From: Phycisphaerae bacterium
GTDB taxonomy: Bacteria > Planctomycetota > Phycisphaerae > UBA1845 > Fen-1342
Length of the DNA stretch: 64,000 nucleotides
Direction of reading: 5' to 3'
Assembly: GCA_022072445.1 (NCBI GenBank)
Contig: JAJVHV010000030.1
Span: 5,971 to 69,970 of the forward strand
Shown one piece after another: positions 38,553-49,459 of this stretch. The first letter of the stretch is position 1, and each line of letters starts with the position of its first letter. Below the pieces are notes generated by a model that saw only the letters and a list, made by a program, of their open reading frames with translations, had not been told where the DNA came from and searched no databases. The position numbers and the translations under genes were made by a program.

Positions 38553-39470
38553 TCAGGCCGTCTTGGCTCTCTTGCCGCGGTTGGGGCGCGGCTTCGCCGC
38601 CACCCGCTCCGCGACGCCGCCGGTCGGCTTGGGAACGCGCACCCGGCGCGGCTCGCCTTGCGCCTTCGCGGGCGTACGCGACCCCTTGCGCGCCGCGGCC
38701 CGAGCGCCCGCGTCAGGCGTCTCCAGCTCCTCGGGCAGGTCAGCTTCGGGCGGTTCATCCGTGTCGGTCGAGCCGTCCGGCCGCATCGGACGCAGCATGT
38801 TGCGCGATGAGCGGTTCGGCGGCACGCTGCGGATGCGCTCCACGTCGTGCTTTCGAACCGCCGTCCCCACGTCGATCCAGGCTTGCTTGCGGATCAGCAG
38901 GTACACCTCCAGCGCTTCCTTGTCCGGAATCTGCCGCTCCAGGAAGGCCTGCGCCTCGTCCAGCGTGCACTTCTCGTCGACGATCCGCTGCTGACGCGCC
39001 CAGGCCCACATGGCCTCATCCAGCGGAAACGCGTGATGCCGCAGACCCAGCAGCCGCAGCCGGGCCCGCGTGTAGGGCTCCAGCCCGTCGATCCGCGCCA
39101 GAAATTCACGCACTTCCTTCTTCGACGCGCTGTTCATCCAGTCCAGCGCCACGTCGTGCCGGATCGCGAAAATCCGGTTCAACGCCCGCGACATGTCCTC
39201 GCACTTCGTCCACGCGTCCGGATACTCCCCCACATACTCGGCCAGCTCGCGCGGCGACGTTACGCGCAGCTCGTTGTAATCCACGACCATGCTGCGAATC
39301 CGCTCGATCACGTCGTGTGCCCGTGCCTCGGGCATGTCACGCGTGAAAATCCCCAGAATCAGCTGCGCGAGCGGATCGCCCGGCGAGGGCGCCGGCAGGT
39401 CGCCGTGCCGCGCTCGCAGAGCCCGTATGACCTTCTTCAGTCGCCGCGCGCAATCGCTCGCACCCCGCAT
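38553..39470 (-). CDS. HhH-GPD (endonuclease III-like) fold protein with basic C-terminal tail
   Basis: DPLAQLILGIF..; REFLARIDGLEPYTRARLRLLGL..PLDEAM aligns by eye to the EndoIII HhH and Asp region. Lys/Arg/Pro-rich tail. Confidence 0.5.
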   Translation of the reverse strand: MRGASDCARRLKKVIRALRARHGDLPAPSPGDPLAQLILGIFTRDMPEARAHDVIERIRSMVVDYNELRVTSPRELAEYVGEYPDAWTKCEDMSRALNRIFAIRHDVALDWMNSASKKEVREFLARIDGLEPYTRARLRLLGLRHHAFPLDEAMWAWARQQRIVDEKCTLDEAQAFLERQIPDKEALEVYLLIRKQAWIDVGTAVRKHDVERIRSVPPNRSSRNMLRPMRPDGSTDTDEPPEADLPEELETPDAGARAAARKGSRTPAKAQGEPRRVRVPKPTGGVAERVAAKPRPNRGKRAKTA

Positions 39471-39473
39471 GGG

Positions 39474-39887
39474 CTATTCGGCCTCCTCTGCCTGTTCGGT
39501 CCGGCTGCCGTCCGCCTGGGCGCGCGCCGCCTCACGCGCCCGCAGCTCGGCCATTTCATGATCGATCAACTGCGTCAGCGCGAACCCGCGCTTCAGCGAC
39601 TCGTCCAGGTGAAACCGCAGCCGCGGACAAACCCGCATCGTCAGTTGCGGCGCCAGGATGGACTGAATCCGCCCCGCGGCGTGCCGCAGCGCCGCCACGC
39701 ACAGCTCCGCCCCCGGCCCCGCCGACATCACGCTCACGTGCACGTCCGCCACCGAGAAGTCCGGCGCCACATCCACCCGCGTGACCGACGTCAGCGACGG
39801 CACACGCGGGTCGTGCAGGCCATCCTGGATTTGCTCGGCCACGATGCGGCGGATGAGACTGGCTACGCGTTCAGTTCGTCGGGACAT
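39474..39887 (-). CDS. rbfA: ribosome-binding factor A
   Basis: RTERVASLIRRIVAEQIQDGLHDPRV..LTSVTRVDVAPDFSVADVHVS..RFHLDES. Confidence 0.9.
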   Translation of the reverse strand: MSRRTERVASLIRRIVAEQIQDGLHDPRVPSLTSVTRVDVAPDFSVADVHVSVMSAGPGAELCVAALRHAAGRIQSILAPQLTMRVCPRLRFHLDESLKRGFALTQLIDHEMAELRAREAARAQADGSRTEQAEEAE

Positions 39888-39899
39888 CAGCTCGCTGAC

Positions 39900-40181
39900 T
39901 CACCAGATTTCGATTTCATGTTCCACGAGCGACGCCTCGGGATGCGTGCGCAGCTCGTCCACGATGCGGGCCAGCGCGCTCTCGACGAAGCGCGCCTCGT
40001 TTGAAACCATCGCGACGCCCAGCGTCGCCGCCTGCCGGTGGTCCAGATCGTCCACTTCACTGATCGAGACGTTGTGCCGGTTGCCGACGCGGTCCTTGAT
40101 GCTCTTGACGACGCGCCGTTTGTCCTTCAGCGAAAGCGCCCCGAATATCGCCAGTCTTACGCGCAGCACACCTACGATCAT
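39900..40181 (-). CDS. DUF503 (YlxP-like) protein
   Basis: ORF 39900..40520, but the conserved 93-aa protein starts at ATG 40181 (MIVGVLRVRLAIFGALSLKDKRRVVKSIKDR). Typical position between infB and rbfA. Confidence 0.8.
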   Translation of the reverse strand: MIVGVLRVRLAIFGALSLKDKRRVVKSIKDRVGNRHNVSISEVDDLDHRQAATLGVAMVSNEARFVESALARIVDELRTHPEASLVEHEIEIW

Positions 40182-40228
40182 GATCGGTCCGCCGCGGCCG
40201 GCCCGCCGCGCAGCCGCCGGCCGCTTGA

Positions 40229-42961
40229 CTACAGCGTCCGCGCCACTTCCGCGACTTCGTAAATCTCGAACACGTCGCCGATCTTCAGGTCGTCGAACCC
40301 GGCCAGCCGGATGCCGCATTCCATCCCGGCGTTGACCTCCTTCACGTCGTTCTTGAAACGCCGCAGCGACGCGATGTCTACGTTCTCGCGAACCACGCGG
40401 CTGTCGCGGACGATGCGAATCTTGTTCGTCCGAGCCACCTGACCGTCCACAACGCGGCAGCCCGCGATCGAGCCGGCCTTCGGCAGATTGAAGATCTCCA
40501 GCACCTCCACCTTGCCGCACGGCGTGATGCGGATTTCAGGCTCCAGCAGCCCCTCGAGCGCTTTCTTGATGTCGTCGATCACGTTGTAAATCACGCGATA
40601 CGAGCGGATCTCCACGCCCACCTCGTCCGCCAGACGCTGGGCTCCGTCCTCGGCCACGACACAGAACCCGATGATCAGCGCCGACGAAACCTGCGACAGC
40701 CGCACGTCCGCTTCGGTCACGGCCCCGACGCCCGCATGCAGGATGTTCAGCCGCACTTCGTCGGACGGAATCTCCCCCAACGAGCCGCGCAGTGCATCCA
40801 GCGATCCCTGAACGTCCGCCTTGATCAGAATGTTCAGCACCGGCACTTCGTCCGCCGTCGCACCGCGGAACAGCTCCTCCAGCGACATCCGCTTCGTCCC
40901 CGCCGACAGCGCCTTGTCACGCCGCTGCGACCGGACTTCCTCCGCAATCGACTTCGCCGACGCCGCACTGCTCACCTGGTACAGCATGTCCCCCGCCGCC
41001 GGAAGCTCGTCCAGTCCCGACACTTCCACCGGCGTGCCCGGACCGGCCTCCGGCAGGCGACGGCCCGCGCTGTCGTGCAGGGACCGCACGCGGCCGTATC
41101 CCGGTCCGCACACGATCGTTTGCCCTGGACGCAGGATGCCCTCGCGCACCAGCACCGTCGCCGTCACGCCCTTGCCCTCGCGCATCTGGGCTTCGATCAC
41201 CTGGCCGACGGTCGGTATCGTCGGATCGGCCTTGAGATCAAGCAGCTCGCTCAGCGTGCTCAGATGCGCGATCAGGTCGTCGATCCCGACGCCCGTCGTC
41301 GCGCTGGTCTTGATGACGTCGACTTCGCCGCCCCATTCCGAAACCGTCAGCCCTTGCTCGGCCAGTTGCCCGTACACGCGGTTGAGGTCGACGCCCGGCA
41401 GATCGATCTTGTTCAGCGCCACGATGATCGGCACCTTCGCGGCCTTCGCGTGATTGATCGCTTCAATCGTCTGCGGCATGACACCGTCGTTCGCCGCGAC
41501 CACCAGCACCACCACATCCGTCAGGTTCGCACCCCGCGCACGCATCTCCGTGAACGCCTGGTGGCCCGGCGTGTCCAGAAACGAAACGTGCCAGTCGCCG
41601 CGGTCGATCCGGTAGGCCCCGATGTGCTGCGTAATGCCGCCCGCCTCGCCCGCCGCAACGTTCGTCTTGCGGATCGCGTCCAGCAGCGACGTCTTGCCAT
41701 GGTCCACGTGCCCCAGCATCGTGACCACCGGCGGGCGCGGCTGAAGCTTGTTGCGCGCGAGAGCGGCGAACTGCTCCTCCAACGCCTCCAGCGCCGTCCG
41801 CCGCTTCAGCATCTTCACCGCGAGCCCGAACTCCATCGCCAGCAGCTCGGCCGTCTCAAAATCGATCATCTGGTTAATCGTCATCAGCCCGCCGGTGTGC
41901 TCCTGCAGCTTCGGCAGCAGCTTGACGTACGGAATGCCAATCGCCGCGCAAAAGTCGCGCAGCGTCAGCGGCGCGGTGATCTCGACCTCGGCGCGCCGCG
42001 CCGCCGGTGGCGGCGGGGGGGCCCCCTTACGCGTCGGCCGCTCGTCCAGCCGCCGATCCTTCAGCGTGTGCCCCGTCGCACTCGCCAGTCGCTCCTTGCG
42101 CTCCAGCAGGTCCTGATCTCGCCACTCACGCAGCCGCTCTGTCGCAAGTTCGACCCCGTCGTCCCGGCGCACCGGCGACCGCGCACGACGCGCTTCCTCC
42201 TCCGCGGTCGTGCCGCGACCTTCGCGCGGCTTCCGTCGCGGCGTCGTCGTTGACGTTCGGTCCGGCATCGGCGGCGGAACGCCCATCGGTCGCGGCCGCG
42301 GCGTCGGGAGCCGATCCGGAGCTTCCATCCGGATGAGCTGCGGACCCTTCAACTCCGCCGGACGCGGAACCAATTGCGGACCCGCCGGCGCAACCGGCTT
42401 CGACGGTGGTGGCGGCGGCGCTGCGACCCGACGCGGCGCAGGCGTCGCCGGCGCAACCGTCGGCGTTACCACGGGAGGTGCCGGCGGCGCTTCCGGCGCC
42501 GGAGGTGTCGGCGGAGCCACCGCCGCCGGTCGCATTGGCTCAGGAACCACTTCCAGCTCAGGCACCACCGTCACCGCAGGCGGCTCAGTGATCGTCGGGG
42601 CTGGCGCAGGTGGCAGCTCCAGCGCTGGCACTTCAACCGTTTCCGGCTCAGCGGCCAATTCAACCGGAGTCGCCGATTCCTCCTCGAAGGCCTCCGCCAC
42701 CGCCGCCCCGCCCTCGTCTCCCTTGCGGCGGCGACGCTGCTTGCGCACCTTCGACAAATCGACCGGCAAGGCCACTTCCACGGATGTCACGTCGGCGCCA
42801 ACGCTGAACCACTCGCGAATCGACTCCGCCAGGCCCGCCGAAACCACCGACATGTGGTTCTTCAGTGTGTCAATTCCCTCGGCGTCGCACTTGGCAATAA
42901 TGTCCTTGCTCGCGACCCCCAACTCCTGCGCCAGCGTATGTACCCGAAGCTTTTCCGACAC
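40229..42961 (-). CDS. infB: translation initiation factor IF-2
   Basis: ORF 40229..43060; probable GTG start 42961 ([15 protein letters not shown]). Pro/Ala-rich linker. G-domain [25 protein letters not shown]. Confidence 0.95.
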   Translation of the reverse strand: MSEKLRVHTLAQELGVASKDIIAKCDAEGIDTLKNHMSVVSAGLAESIREWFSVGADVTSVEVALPVDLSKVRKQRRRRKGDEGGAAVAEAFEEESATPVELAAEPETVEVPALELPPAPAPTITEPPAVTVVPELEVVPEPMRPAAVAPPTPPAPEAPPAPPVVTPTVAPATPAPRRVAAPPPPPSKPVAPAGPQLVPRPAELKGPQLIRMEAPDRLPTPRPRPMGVPPPMPDRTSTTTPRRKPREGRGTTAEEEARRARSPVRRDDGVELATERLREWRDQDLLERKERLASATGHTLKDRRLDERPTRKGAPPPPPAARRAEVEITAPLTLRDFCAAIGIPYVKLLPKLQEHTGGLMTINQMIDFETAELLAMEFGLAVKMLKRRTALEALEEQFAALARNKLQPRPPVVTMLGHVDHGKTSLLDAIRKTNVAAGEAGGITQHIGAYRIDRGDWHVSFLDTPGHQAFTEMRARGANLTDVVVLVVAANDGVMPQTIEAINHAKAAKVPIIVALNKIDLPGVDLNRVYGQLAEQGLTVSEWGGEVDVIKTSATTGVGIDDLIAHLSTLSELLDLKADPTIPTVGQVIEAQMREGKGVTATVLVREGILRPGQTIVCGPGYGRVRSLHDSAGRRLPEAGPGTPVEVSGLDELPAAGDMLYQVSSAASAKSIAEEVRSQRRDKALSAGTKRMSLEELFRGATADEVPVLNILIKADVQGSLDALRGSLGEIPSDEVRLNILHAGVGAVTEADVRLSQVSSALIIGFCVVAEDGAQRLADEVGVEIRSYRVIYNVIDDIKKALEGLLEPEIRITPCGKVEVLEIFNLPKAGSIAGCRVVDGQVARTNKIRIVRDSRVVRENVDIASLRRFKNDVKEVNAGMECGIRLAGFDDLKIGDVFEIYEVAEVARTL

Positions 42962-43264
42962 TCGACTCTCCGTGGCCGACACGACACCGATCGGATCCGC
43001 ATCCGAAATCGGGTGGCACTGCTCCGCGCGGAGTCCGCCACGACTCGCCGCGCGTCCCAATAATCGACGAACCGCCGGCAGGGCGCACCCTCTCCGGACG
43101 GTCCGCTACATTCGCAATAGAATACTCGCCCGCAACTCGTTTTGCCAGCACGCAAACCACCCCAGCCCCACAGATTGTTTCGCTCAGTCATGTCCGTGAA
43201 CGATCCCGAATCCGCCATTCGGCGTCCGCGCCTCACCCTCAACCAAGCCGTCGTCTTCGGTCGA

Positions 43265-43294
43265 TTGACAGTAACGGCACTCGACCAATATCAT
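43265..43294 (+). promoter_or_regulatory. sigma70-like promoter candidate upstream of the GT4 gene
   Basis: TTGACA (43265-43270), 18-nt spacer, TATCAT (43289-43294); ~135 nt upstream of ATG 43431. Confidence 0.3.
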
Positions 43295-43430
43295 CACGAC
43301 CCTCATTCGACCGGCTATCCCAGTGGTCCGTGCGGGCCGCATGAACCGAGTGGGATGAACGGCCTGAGTGATGATTCTCCCCCGCAACGCGCGGTTTGCG
43401 TCACGCTCGCCGCAGGAGCTTGCGCAGTCC

Positions 43431-44810
43431 ATGAAAGTCTTCATGCTCGGTTGGGAGTTCCCGCCCTACATCAGCGGCGGCCTCGGAACCGCGTGCTTCG
43501 GCCTGACGCGCGCCCTCGACGCTGCCGGCGTCTCCGTGCTCTTCGTCCTGCCGCGCGCCGTCGATAATCCCCGCGCCGAGCACGTCAAGCTCCTCACGGC
43601 GGCGTCCATCCCCCGCGGCACCCTGTTGCGTGAAGAAGTCTCCGAGTTCCGCCTCAAGGAATTCGGTCATGCCGAGTTCGTCACCGTCGACGCCTCCATC
43701 GCGCCTTACGACCGCCCGGCCGAACCGCCGAAAACATCGCGCACCGCCACCCCCACCGAAAAGGAAGTTCTCTACGCCGGCCGCAAGGTCTCGCTCGAAG
43801 ATCTGCTCGCCACGCCCTCCGCCAGCGGGCCCGCGCCCACCGCCGTCGTCCCGATGAACGACGGACCCGGCGCCAACTACGCCGGCGATCTCTTTCGCGA
43901 AATCGAGCGCTACGCGCAGCTCGCCGCGCTGATTGCCCGCGACACCGAATTCGACGTCATCCACGCGCATGACTGGATGACCTTTCCCGCCGCGATCACG
44001 GTCCGCGGCCTGTCCGGCAAACCCCTGGTCGTGCACGTGCATTCGACCGAGTTCGACCGCTCGGGCGAACACGTCAATCAGCGCATCTACGATTTCGAGC
44101 GCGCCGGCATGCACATCGCCGATCGGGTCATCGCCGTCAGCCACCTGACCCGCAACATCGTCGTCAACCGCTACAGCGTCGATCCGAAAAAGGTCTCCGT
44201 GGTCTACAACGGCATCGACGACGACGGCGGCATGAAGGACGTCCGCCTGCCCGCCATTGCCCGCGACGAGAAAATCGTCCTGTTCCTCGGCCGCGTCACC
44301 ATGCAGAAGGGTCCCGAGTACTTCCTCGCCGCCGCCAAGCGCGTTCTCGAACACGTCCAGAACGTGCGCTTCATCATGGCCGGCAGCGGCGACATGATCC
44401 GCCGCACCATCGAGATGGCCGCCCAGATGGGCATCGGACACAAGGTGCTCTTCACCGGCTTCCTGCGCGGCGACGACGTCAAACGCATCTACCGCATGGC
44501 CGACCTCTACGTCATGCCCAGCGTCTCCGAGCCCTTCGGCATCGCCCCGCTCGAAGCACTCTCCAATGACGTGCCCGTGCTCATCAGCAAGCAGAGCGGC
44601 GTCGCCGAGGTGCTCACGCATGCGCTGAAGGTCGATTTCTGGGACATCGACGAGATGGCCAACAAGATCATCGCCGTCCTGCGCCACCCGCCGCTTCAGA
44701 ACACGTTGCGCGACCACGGCCGCATCGAGGTCGGCCGCCTGACCTGGAGCGAAGCCGCCGAACGCTGCGAGGAAGTGTACCGCCAGATGGTCGCATCACC
44801 GCGCCGATGA
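43431..44810 (+). CDS. GT4-family glycosyltransferase (glycogen/alpha-glucan synthase-like)
   Basis: ORF 43368..44810; start ATG 43431 (MKVFMLGWEFPPYISGGLGTACFGL). C-terminal PSVSEPFGIAPLEAL GT-B motif. Confidence 0.85.
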   Translation: MKVFMLGWEFPPYISGGLGTACFGLTRALDAAGVSVLFVLPRAVDNPRAEHVKLLTAASIPRGTLLREEVSEFRLKEFGHAEFVTVDASIAPYDRPAEPPKTSRTATPTEKEVLYAGRKVSLEDLLATPSASGPAPTAVVPMNDGPGANYAGDLFREIERYAQLAALIARDTEFDVIHAHDWMTFPAAITVRGLSGKPLVVHVHSTEFDRSGEHVNQRIYDFERAGMHIADRVIAVSHLTRNIVVNRYSVDPKKVSVVYNGIDDDGGMKDVRLPAIARDEKIVLFLGRVTMQKGPEYFLAAAKRVLEHVQNVRFIMAGSGDMIRRTIEMAAQMGIGHKVLFTGFLRGDDVKRIYRMADLYVMPSVSEPFGIAPLEALSNDVPVLISKQSGVAEVLTHALKVDFWDIDEMANKIIAVLRHPPLQNTLRDHGRIEVGRLTWSEAAERCEEVYRQMVASPRR

Positions 44811-44991
44811 GCGTGGAGCGGGCATCTTGCCCGCTTTCGCTGTCGCATTACCTCCAGTCACAGGTAGGGCAGGTCGCTGTTGGGCGACCTGCCGCTGTGC
44901 TCTGAACAGCAGGGACTGCACGCGAGCCGTCATCCGCGCGCATCGTGATGCGGCCTATTCACCATCGCGCCCTTGGGCTATCCTCTCCGCC

Positions 44992-46197
44992 ATGGCGTCC
45001 GTCTGCTTCTACTTCCAGGTCCACCAGCCCTTCCGGCTCCGCCGCTACAGCGTTTTTGACACCTCGCCGCACTACTTCGACGACCACAAAAACCGCGAAA
45101 TCGCCCTCAAGGTCGCGCAAAAGTGCTACCTGCCCATGAACGCCGTCATCGAGGAGCTCGTCGCTCGCCACAACGGCCGTTTCCGGGTCGCCTACAGCAT
45201 CACCGGCGTCGCCCTTCAGCAGTTCGAGTGGTACGTGCCCGAGGTGCTCGAGTCATTCAAACGCCTCTCCGCCACCGGCTGCGTCGAGTTCATCTCCGAA
45301 ACCTACTATCACTCGCTCAGCTTCCTCTACTCGCGACGCGAATTCCTCGAACAGGTCCAGCTCCACCGCGAGAAGATCCAGTCCCTCTTCGGCCAGACCC
45401 CGCAGGTCTTCCGCAACACCGAGCTGATCTACAACAACGAAGTCGGCAAGGCCGCCGCCCGCATCGGCTACCGCGCCGTGATCTGCGAAGGCGTCGACAA
45501 CCTCCTCGGTTATCGCTCGCCCACCTTCCTCTACGGCGTGCCCGACGCCGACGGCGCGGCCCTCCTGCTCAAGCACTATCGCCTCTCCGACGACATCGCC
45601 TTCCGTTTCGGAAACCGCGGGTGGCCCGAGTGGCCGCTCTCCAGCGAGAAGTTCGCCGGCTGGGTCAATCAGATCAACGGAAACGGCTACGTCTGCAACC
45701 TCTTCATGGATTACGAAACCTTCGGCGAACATCAGTGGGCCGACACCGGCATCTTCGACTTCGTGCGGCACCTCCCCGACTCCATCTTTCGTACAGGCGA
45801 GAACGACTTCAAAACCCCCTCGGAGTGCATCACGGCCTACCCTGTCAGCGGCGAATACGACGTGCCGCACATGATCTCCTGGGCCGACACCGAGCGCGAC
45901 CTCTCCGCCTGGCTCGGCAACGCCATGCAGGCCAACGCCCTGCACGAGCTCTACCGCCTCGAAGATTCGGTCAAGGCCACCGGCGAACCCGGCATCATCG
46001 AAGACTGGCGCAAGCTTCAGACGTCCGATCACTTCTACTACATGTGCACGAAATATTTCGCCGACGGGGACGTGCACAAGTATTTCAATCCGTATGACTC
46101 GCCCTACGATTCCTATATCAACTACATGAACGTGCTCGACAACCTTCGCGCCCGCATCCGCGCCGTCGCCAAATCCGCCGCCGCCTCAGCGCCCTGA
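44992..46197 (+). CDS. glycoside hydrolase family 57 (alpha-amylase/branching-type)
   Basis: ORF 44827..46197; start ATG 44992 (MASVCFYFQVHQPFRLRRY). ISETYYHS and FMDYETFGEHQW motifs. Confidence 0.85.
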   Translation: MASVCFYFQVHQPFRLRRYSVFDTSPHYFDDHKNREIALKVAQKCYLPMNAVIEELVARHNGRFRVAYSITGVALQQFEWYVPEVLESFKRLSATGCVEFISETYYHSLSFLYSRREFLEQVQLHREKIQSLFGQTPQVFRNTELIYNNEVGKAAARIGYRAVICEGVDNLLGYRSPTFLYGVPDADGAALLLKHYRLSDDIAFRFGNRGWPEWPLSSEKFAGWVNQINGNGYVCNLFMDYETFGEHQWADTGIFDFVRHLPDSIFRTGENDFKTPSECITAYPVSGEYDVPHMISWADTERDLSAWLGNAMQANALHELYRLEDSVKATGEPGIIEDWRKLQTSDHFYYMCTKYFADGDVHKYFNPYDSPYDSYINYMNVLDNLRARIRAVAKSAAASAP

Positions 46198-46432
46198 GGC
46201 ATCCCGCGCGCCAGACCCACCCGCGTCGCGCGCCCCCCGATCATCCAAACCCGAGCGGAAGCGACGGGCTTTGTCCGCCAGCGTCCGTACCTTCGCGCAG
46301 GGGCGCCCCCAGCCGAGCCCCGCGCGTCAGCAAGGGGTTCGACCTGAGCGTGCCTCCGGACTCGGCACATCGTGCACGTCGCGAGGCGCAAGAATCGACA
46401 TGCGGCCCGCAGCTCGGCCACGGGGCGCGACG

Positions 46433-47668
46433 ATGGGTCTTCTTCAGATGAGCCTGACCGGCACGCCCACAACCGCACCATCACGCCCGCCGGACCACGC
46501 GGCCTGCCCCGACACGGATTCCCGCATGCTCACGCCTGACGGCGAGAGCACGCCACGCCGCGAAGCCATCGAACTGCCGCCGGCATCGCTGGCCGAGGCG
46601 CTCATTCGTTGCTCGCTCGACATGATCATCTCGGTTGACCTTCAGCGGCGAATTTTCGAGTTCAACCCCGCCGCCGAGCGCCAGTTCGGCTACGCCAGGC
46701 ACGAGGTGCTTGGCCGGCCGGTCGACATGCTCTACGCCGAGCCGGCGGAGGGCGCCGCGCTGTCGGCGCAGACTTTGCGCTGCGGATTCTGCGGCGAGCT
46801 CTGGAACCGCCGCAAGGACGGCACGCGTTTCTGCTGCTACGTATCGGCGTCGCCGCTGCATGACGCCAGTGGGGCGGTAGTGGGTCTGATGGGGATTTCG
46901 CGCGACATCACCGAGCAGCGTCGCTCGCGCGAGGCGCTTCAGCAGGCGCACGCCGATCTGGAGAAGCTGAACGGTGAGCTGGATGAGCTGAATCGTGCGC
47001 TGGAGGGCAAGGTGCGGCAGCGGACGGCGGAGCTGCGGGCCGCGTACGACGATACGCTCGACGCGCTGGTGCTGGCGCTCGACGCCCGCGAGCACGCGAC
47101 GGCGGGACACTCGCGGCGGGTCGCGGTCTACTGCGTCGAGTTGGCGCTGCGTTGCGGTTTGTCGGATGGCGCATTGGAGAACATCTATCGCGGCGCGCTC
47201 CTGCACGACATCGGCAAGATCGGCGTGCCCGACGCGGTGCTGCTGAAGCCCGGCCGGCTGGACGATGCCGAGCGCCGCGTCATCGAACAGCACGTCGTGA
47301 TCGGGGCGCGGCTGCTGGAACGCGTCGGGTATCTTCAGTCGGCGACGACGATCCCGCGCTTTCATCACGAGCGCTACGACGGGGGCGGCTATGTCGCCGG
47401 TCTGGCCGGAGAGGCCATTCCACCGGAGGCCCGCGCTTTCGCAATTATCGACGTGTACGACGCCTTGCGCTCCCAGCGGCCCTACAAGCCCGCGCTCGGC
47501 CACGACGACGCACGGAAGGTGATCCGCGGCGGCGCGGGGCGGGAGTTCGATCCGCGGATGTGCGCGGCATTCGCCGACGTTTCCGAGCAGCGCTGGGCGG
47601 CGCTGGCCGGGGTCGCCGGCCGAACGGATCGGTTTGACGAGGTTCTGGCGGCGTGCCGTGCATCGTAA
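46433..47668 (+). CDS. PAS sensor / HD-GYP phosphodiesterase-type response protein
   Basis: ORF 46271..47668; the start is uncertain (ATG 46400 or 46433). PAS (DMIISVDLQRRIFEFNPAAERQFGY), coiled coil, then HD-GYP core HSRRVA..LLHDIGKIGVPD..HHERYDGGGY. Confidence 0.8.
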   Translation: MGLLQMSLTGTPTTAPSRPPDHAACPDTDSRMLTPDGESTPRREAIELPPASLAEALIRCSLDMIISVDLQRRIFEFNPAAERQFGYARHEVLGRPVDMLYAEPAEGAALSAQTLRCGFCGELWNRRKDGTRFCCYVSASPLHDASGAVVGLMGISRDITEQRRSREALQQAHADLEKLNGELDELNRALEGKVRQRTAELRAAYDDTLDALVLALDAREHATAGHSRRVAVYCVELALRCGLSDGALENIYRGALLHDIGKIGVPDAVLLKPGRLDDAERRVIEQHVVIGARLLERVGYLQSATTIPRFHHERYDGGGYVAGLAGEAIPPEARAFAIIDVYDALRSQRPYKPALGHDDARKVIRGGAGREFDPRMCAAFADVSEQRWAALAGVAGRTDRFDEVLAACRAS

Positions 47669-47764
47669 TCGCGCGGCCTGAGCGTCACCGCGTCGGCATG
47701 GGACCCATGTGGCATGCTCACGCCTGGCGGCGAGAGCATGCCATCGCGTCATCGGGCGCCAGCC

Positions 47765-49144
47765 CTATGGCTCCCGCCCGGCCGCCGCCGGCCACAGGTC
47801 GATCCCCGCGCCGACGTAGCCGGCCCGCGATCCGGCCCGCTCCAGCCGCTCGGCGATGGCGCGGTACTGGAATGCCGGAACGCCGCTGTGCGTCGCTCCG
47901 TCGCCGTCGGCAAACGCTGGCAGCCCGTTCGGCGGCCAGTTGCCGGCCGCGGCACGCCGCAGGCGCCAGTCGCGTGCCGCGCGATCGACGAATCCAGGGT
48001 CGCTGCCGAGCTGCGCTCCGTGATACGTCGTCGCCGGATCGAGCCCGGTCGCTGAGGCGTCGTAGCCCTTGCTGAGCCAGTTGTGGTCGCCGGTAATGAC
48101 GCTGGCGTCGGGGATGTTCGCCAGCTCGTAGAGCCGCGGGCCGTTCTGCCGATCGTTGAAGATCACGTTGTTCACCAGCTCGGCCCGCGAACCCGCCGCG
48201 CTGAGGAAAACAACCGCTCCGTAGTGCGGCGTGACGATGGTGTTGTGCAGCAGGTGGAGCGTTCCGTCGTGGCCGCCGCCGCCGTCCTGGCCGAAGTGGA
48301 TCACGTTCGAGTTGCCGCTGAGCGGGTCGCGCTTGACGATGAAGTTGCCCAGCAGGACGGCGTGCGCGTGCGGCCGGGCGGTGTCCCAGGCGTCGACCAG
48401 GTCAAACTCGCGGTTGGCCGAGTCGCGCACGAAGTTGTAAGCGAACAGGTTGAAGTGCGCCCGGCTCTTGACGTTGTGGCCGGTGAGCGCGTCGCGCACC
48501 TCGCAGAAGCGCAGCGTCACGCTCGTGCCGCCGAGGTAGAGGTTGTGGTTATAGCCCGGCTCGTCCGGCTCGCCGTTGGTGTGGATGATGCAGAACTCGA
48601 TGAGCTGGCCGGACGCGGACGTCGGGTTACCGGCCGCGCCGTTCGACATGATTCCCATCTGGTTGTGATGAATCTCGCAGCGGCGGACCGTCGCGCGGCT
48701 GGCCTGGTTGATGCGCACCCCGGCGGCGTTGTGCGACGCGTTCTTCGCGTTGCGCAGCTCGAAGCCCTCGATCAGCACGTCATCGGCGGCGGCATTGACC
48801 TGGAAGATGGCGCGCGGCGTGCTGCCGACGCCGCTGTAGTCGAAGCCGTCGCCGTCGAGCACGATGCGGGTACTGTCGCCACCCTGCCCGATGAAGCGCA
48901 GACCGGCTTTGGCGACATAGACCGCCGGCCGGCGATAGACGCCGTCGCCCGCAGCGGCATAAACCTCGATCGTGTCGCCAGGATTGGCGGCGGCGTTGGC
49001 GGCTTCGATGGTGGCGAACTGCCGGCCTTCCCCGACGGTGAGCGTAGCGCCCCGCGCCGGGAGCGGCGCCGCGCCCGACAGAAGCCCGGCACGGGCCAGG
49101 AGGAGCCCGGCGTAGGCCAGCGTGATGTGCCGGCGGGTGCTCAT
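47765..49144 (-). CDS. secreted right-handed parallel beta-helix repeat protein
   Basis: ORF 47765..49297; probable start ATG 49144 (MSTRRHITLAYAGLLLARAG signal). Repeated IEGFELRNA / VRRCEIHHN / LRFCEVRD beta-helix rungs. Confidence 0.75.
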   Translation of the reverse strand: MSTRRHITLAYAGLLLARAGLLSGAAPLPARGATLTVGEGRQFATIEAANAAANPGDTIEVYAAAGDGVYRRPAVYVAKAGLRFIGQGGDSTRIVLDGDGFDYSGVGSTPRAIFQVNAAADDVLIEGFELRNAKNASHNAAGVRINQASRATVRRCEIHHNQMGIMSNGAAGNPTSASGQLIEFCIIHTNGEPDEPGYNHNLYLGGTSVTLRFCEVRDALTGHNVKSRAHFNLFAYNFVRDSANREFDLVDAWDTARPHAHAVLLGNFIVKRDPLSGNSNVIHFGQDGGGGHDGTLHLLHNTIVTPHYGAVVFLSAAGSRAELVNNVIFNDRQNGPRLYELANIPDASVITGDHNWLSKGYDASATGLDPATTYHGAQLGSDPGFVDRAARDWRLRRAAAGNWPPNGLPAFADGDGATHSGVPAFQYRAIAERLERAGSRAGYVGAGIDLWPAAAGREP

Positions 49145-49459
49145 GCACAAGAGCATGTGCCGCCGGGGCGCGGCGTGCAAGTGTGGTCGCGGTTGGCGTG
49201 GCTTCGCCGCAGGCGTAGGCATGCACCGCGCAGGTCCCCCGGGCCGTTGGCACACGTGAGAGGCGGGTGCCTTGCCGACGGTTTTCCGCGTCGGCAAGGT
49301 GTCAGCGCGAAGCGCATAGGCTGGGCTGAGCCCTCAAATCCTAGCGATTTGCTATGATCGCGGCATGTTTTCCCCCATGATCCGGCGCGCGGATCAAGAA
49401 GCTGGGCTTCAAACGTCCATCCGAACCCACTACTACCTGCCTGACCGAGGAATACACGC

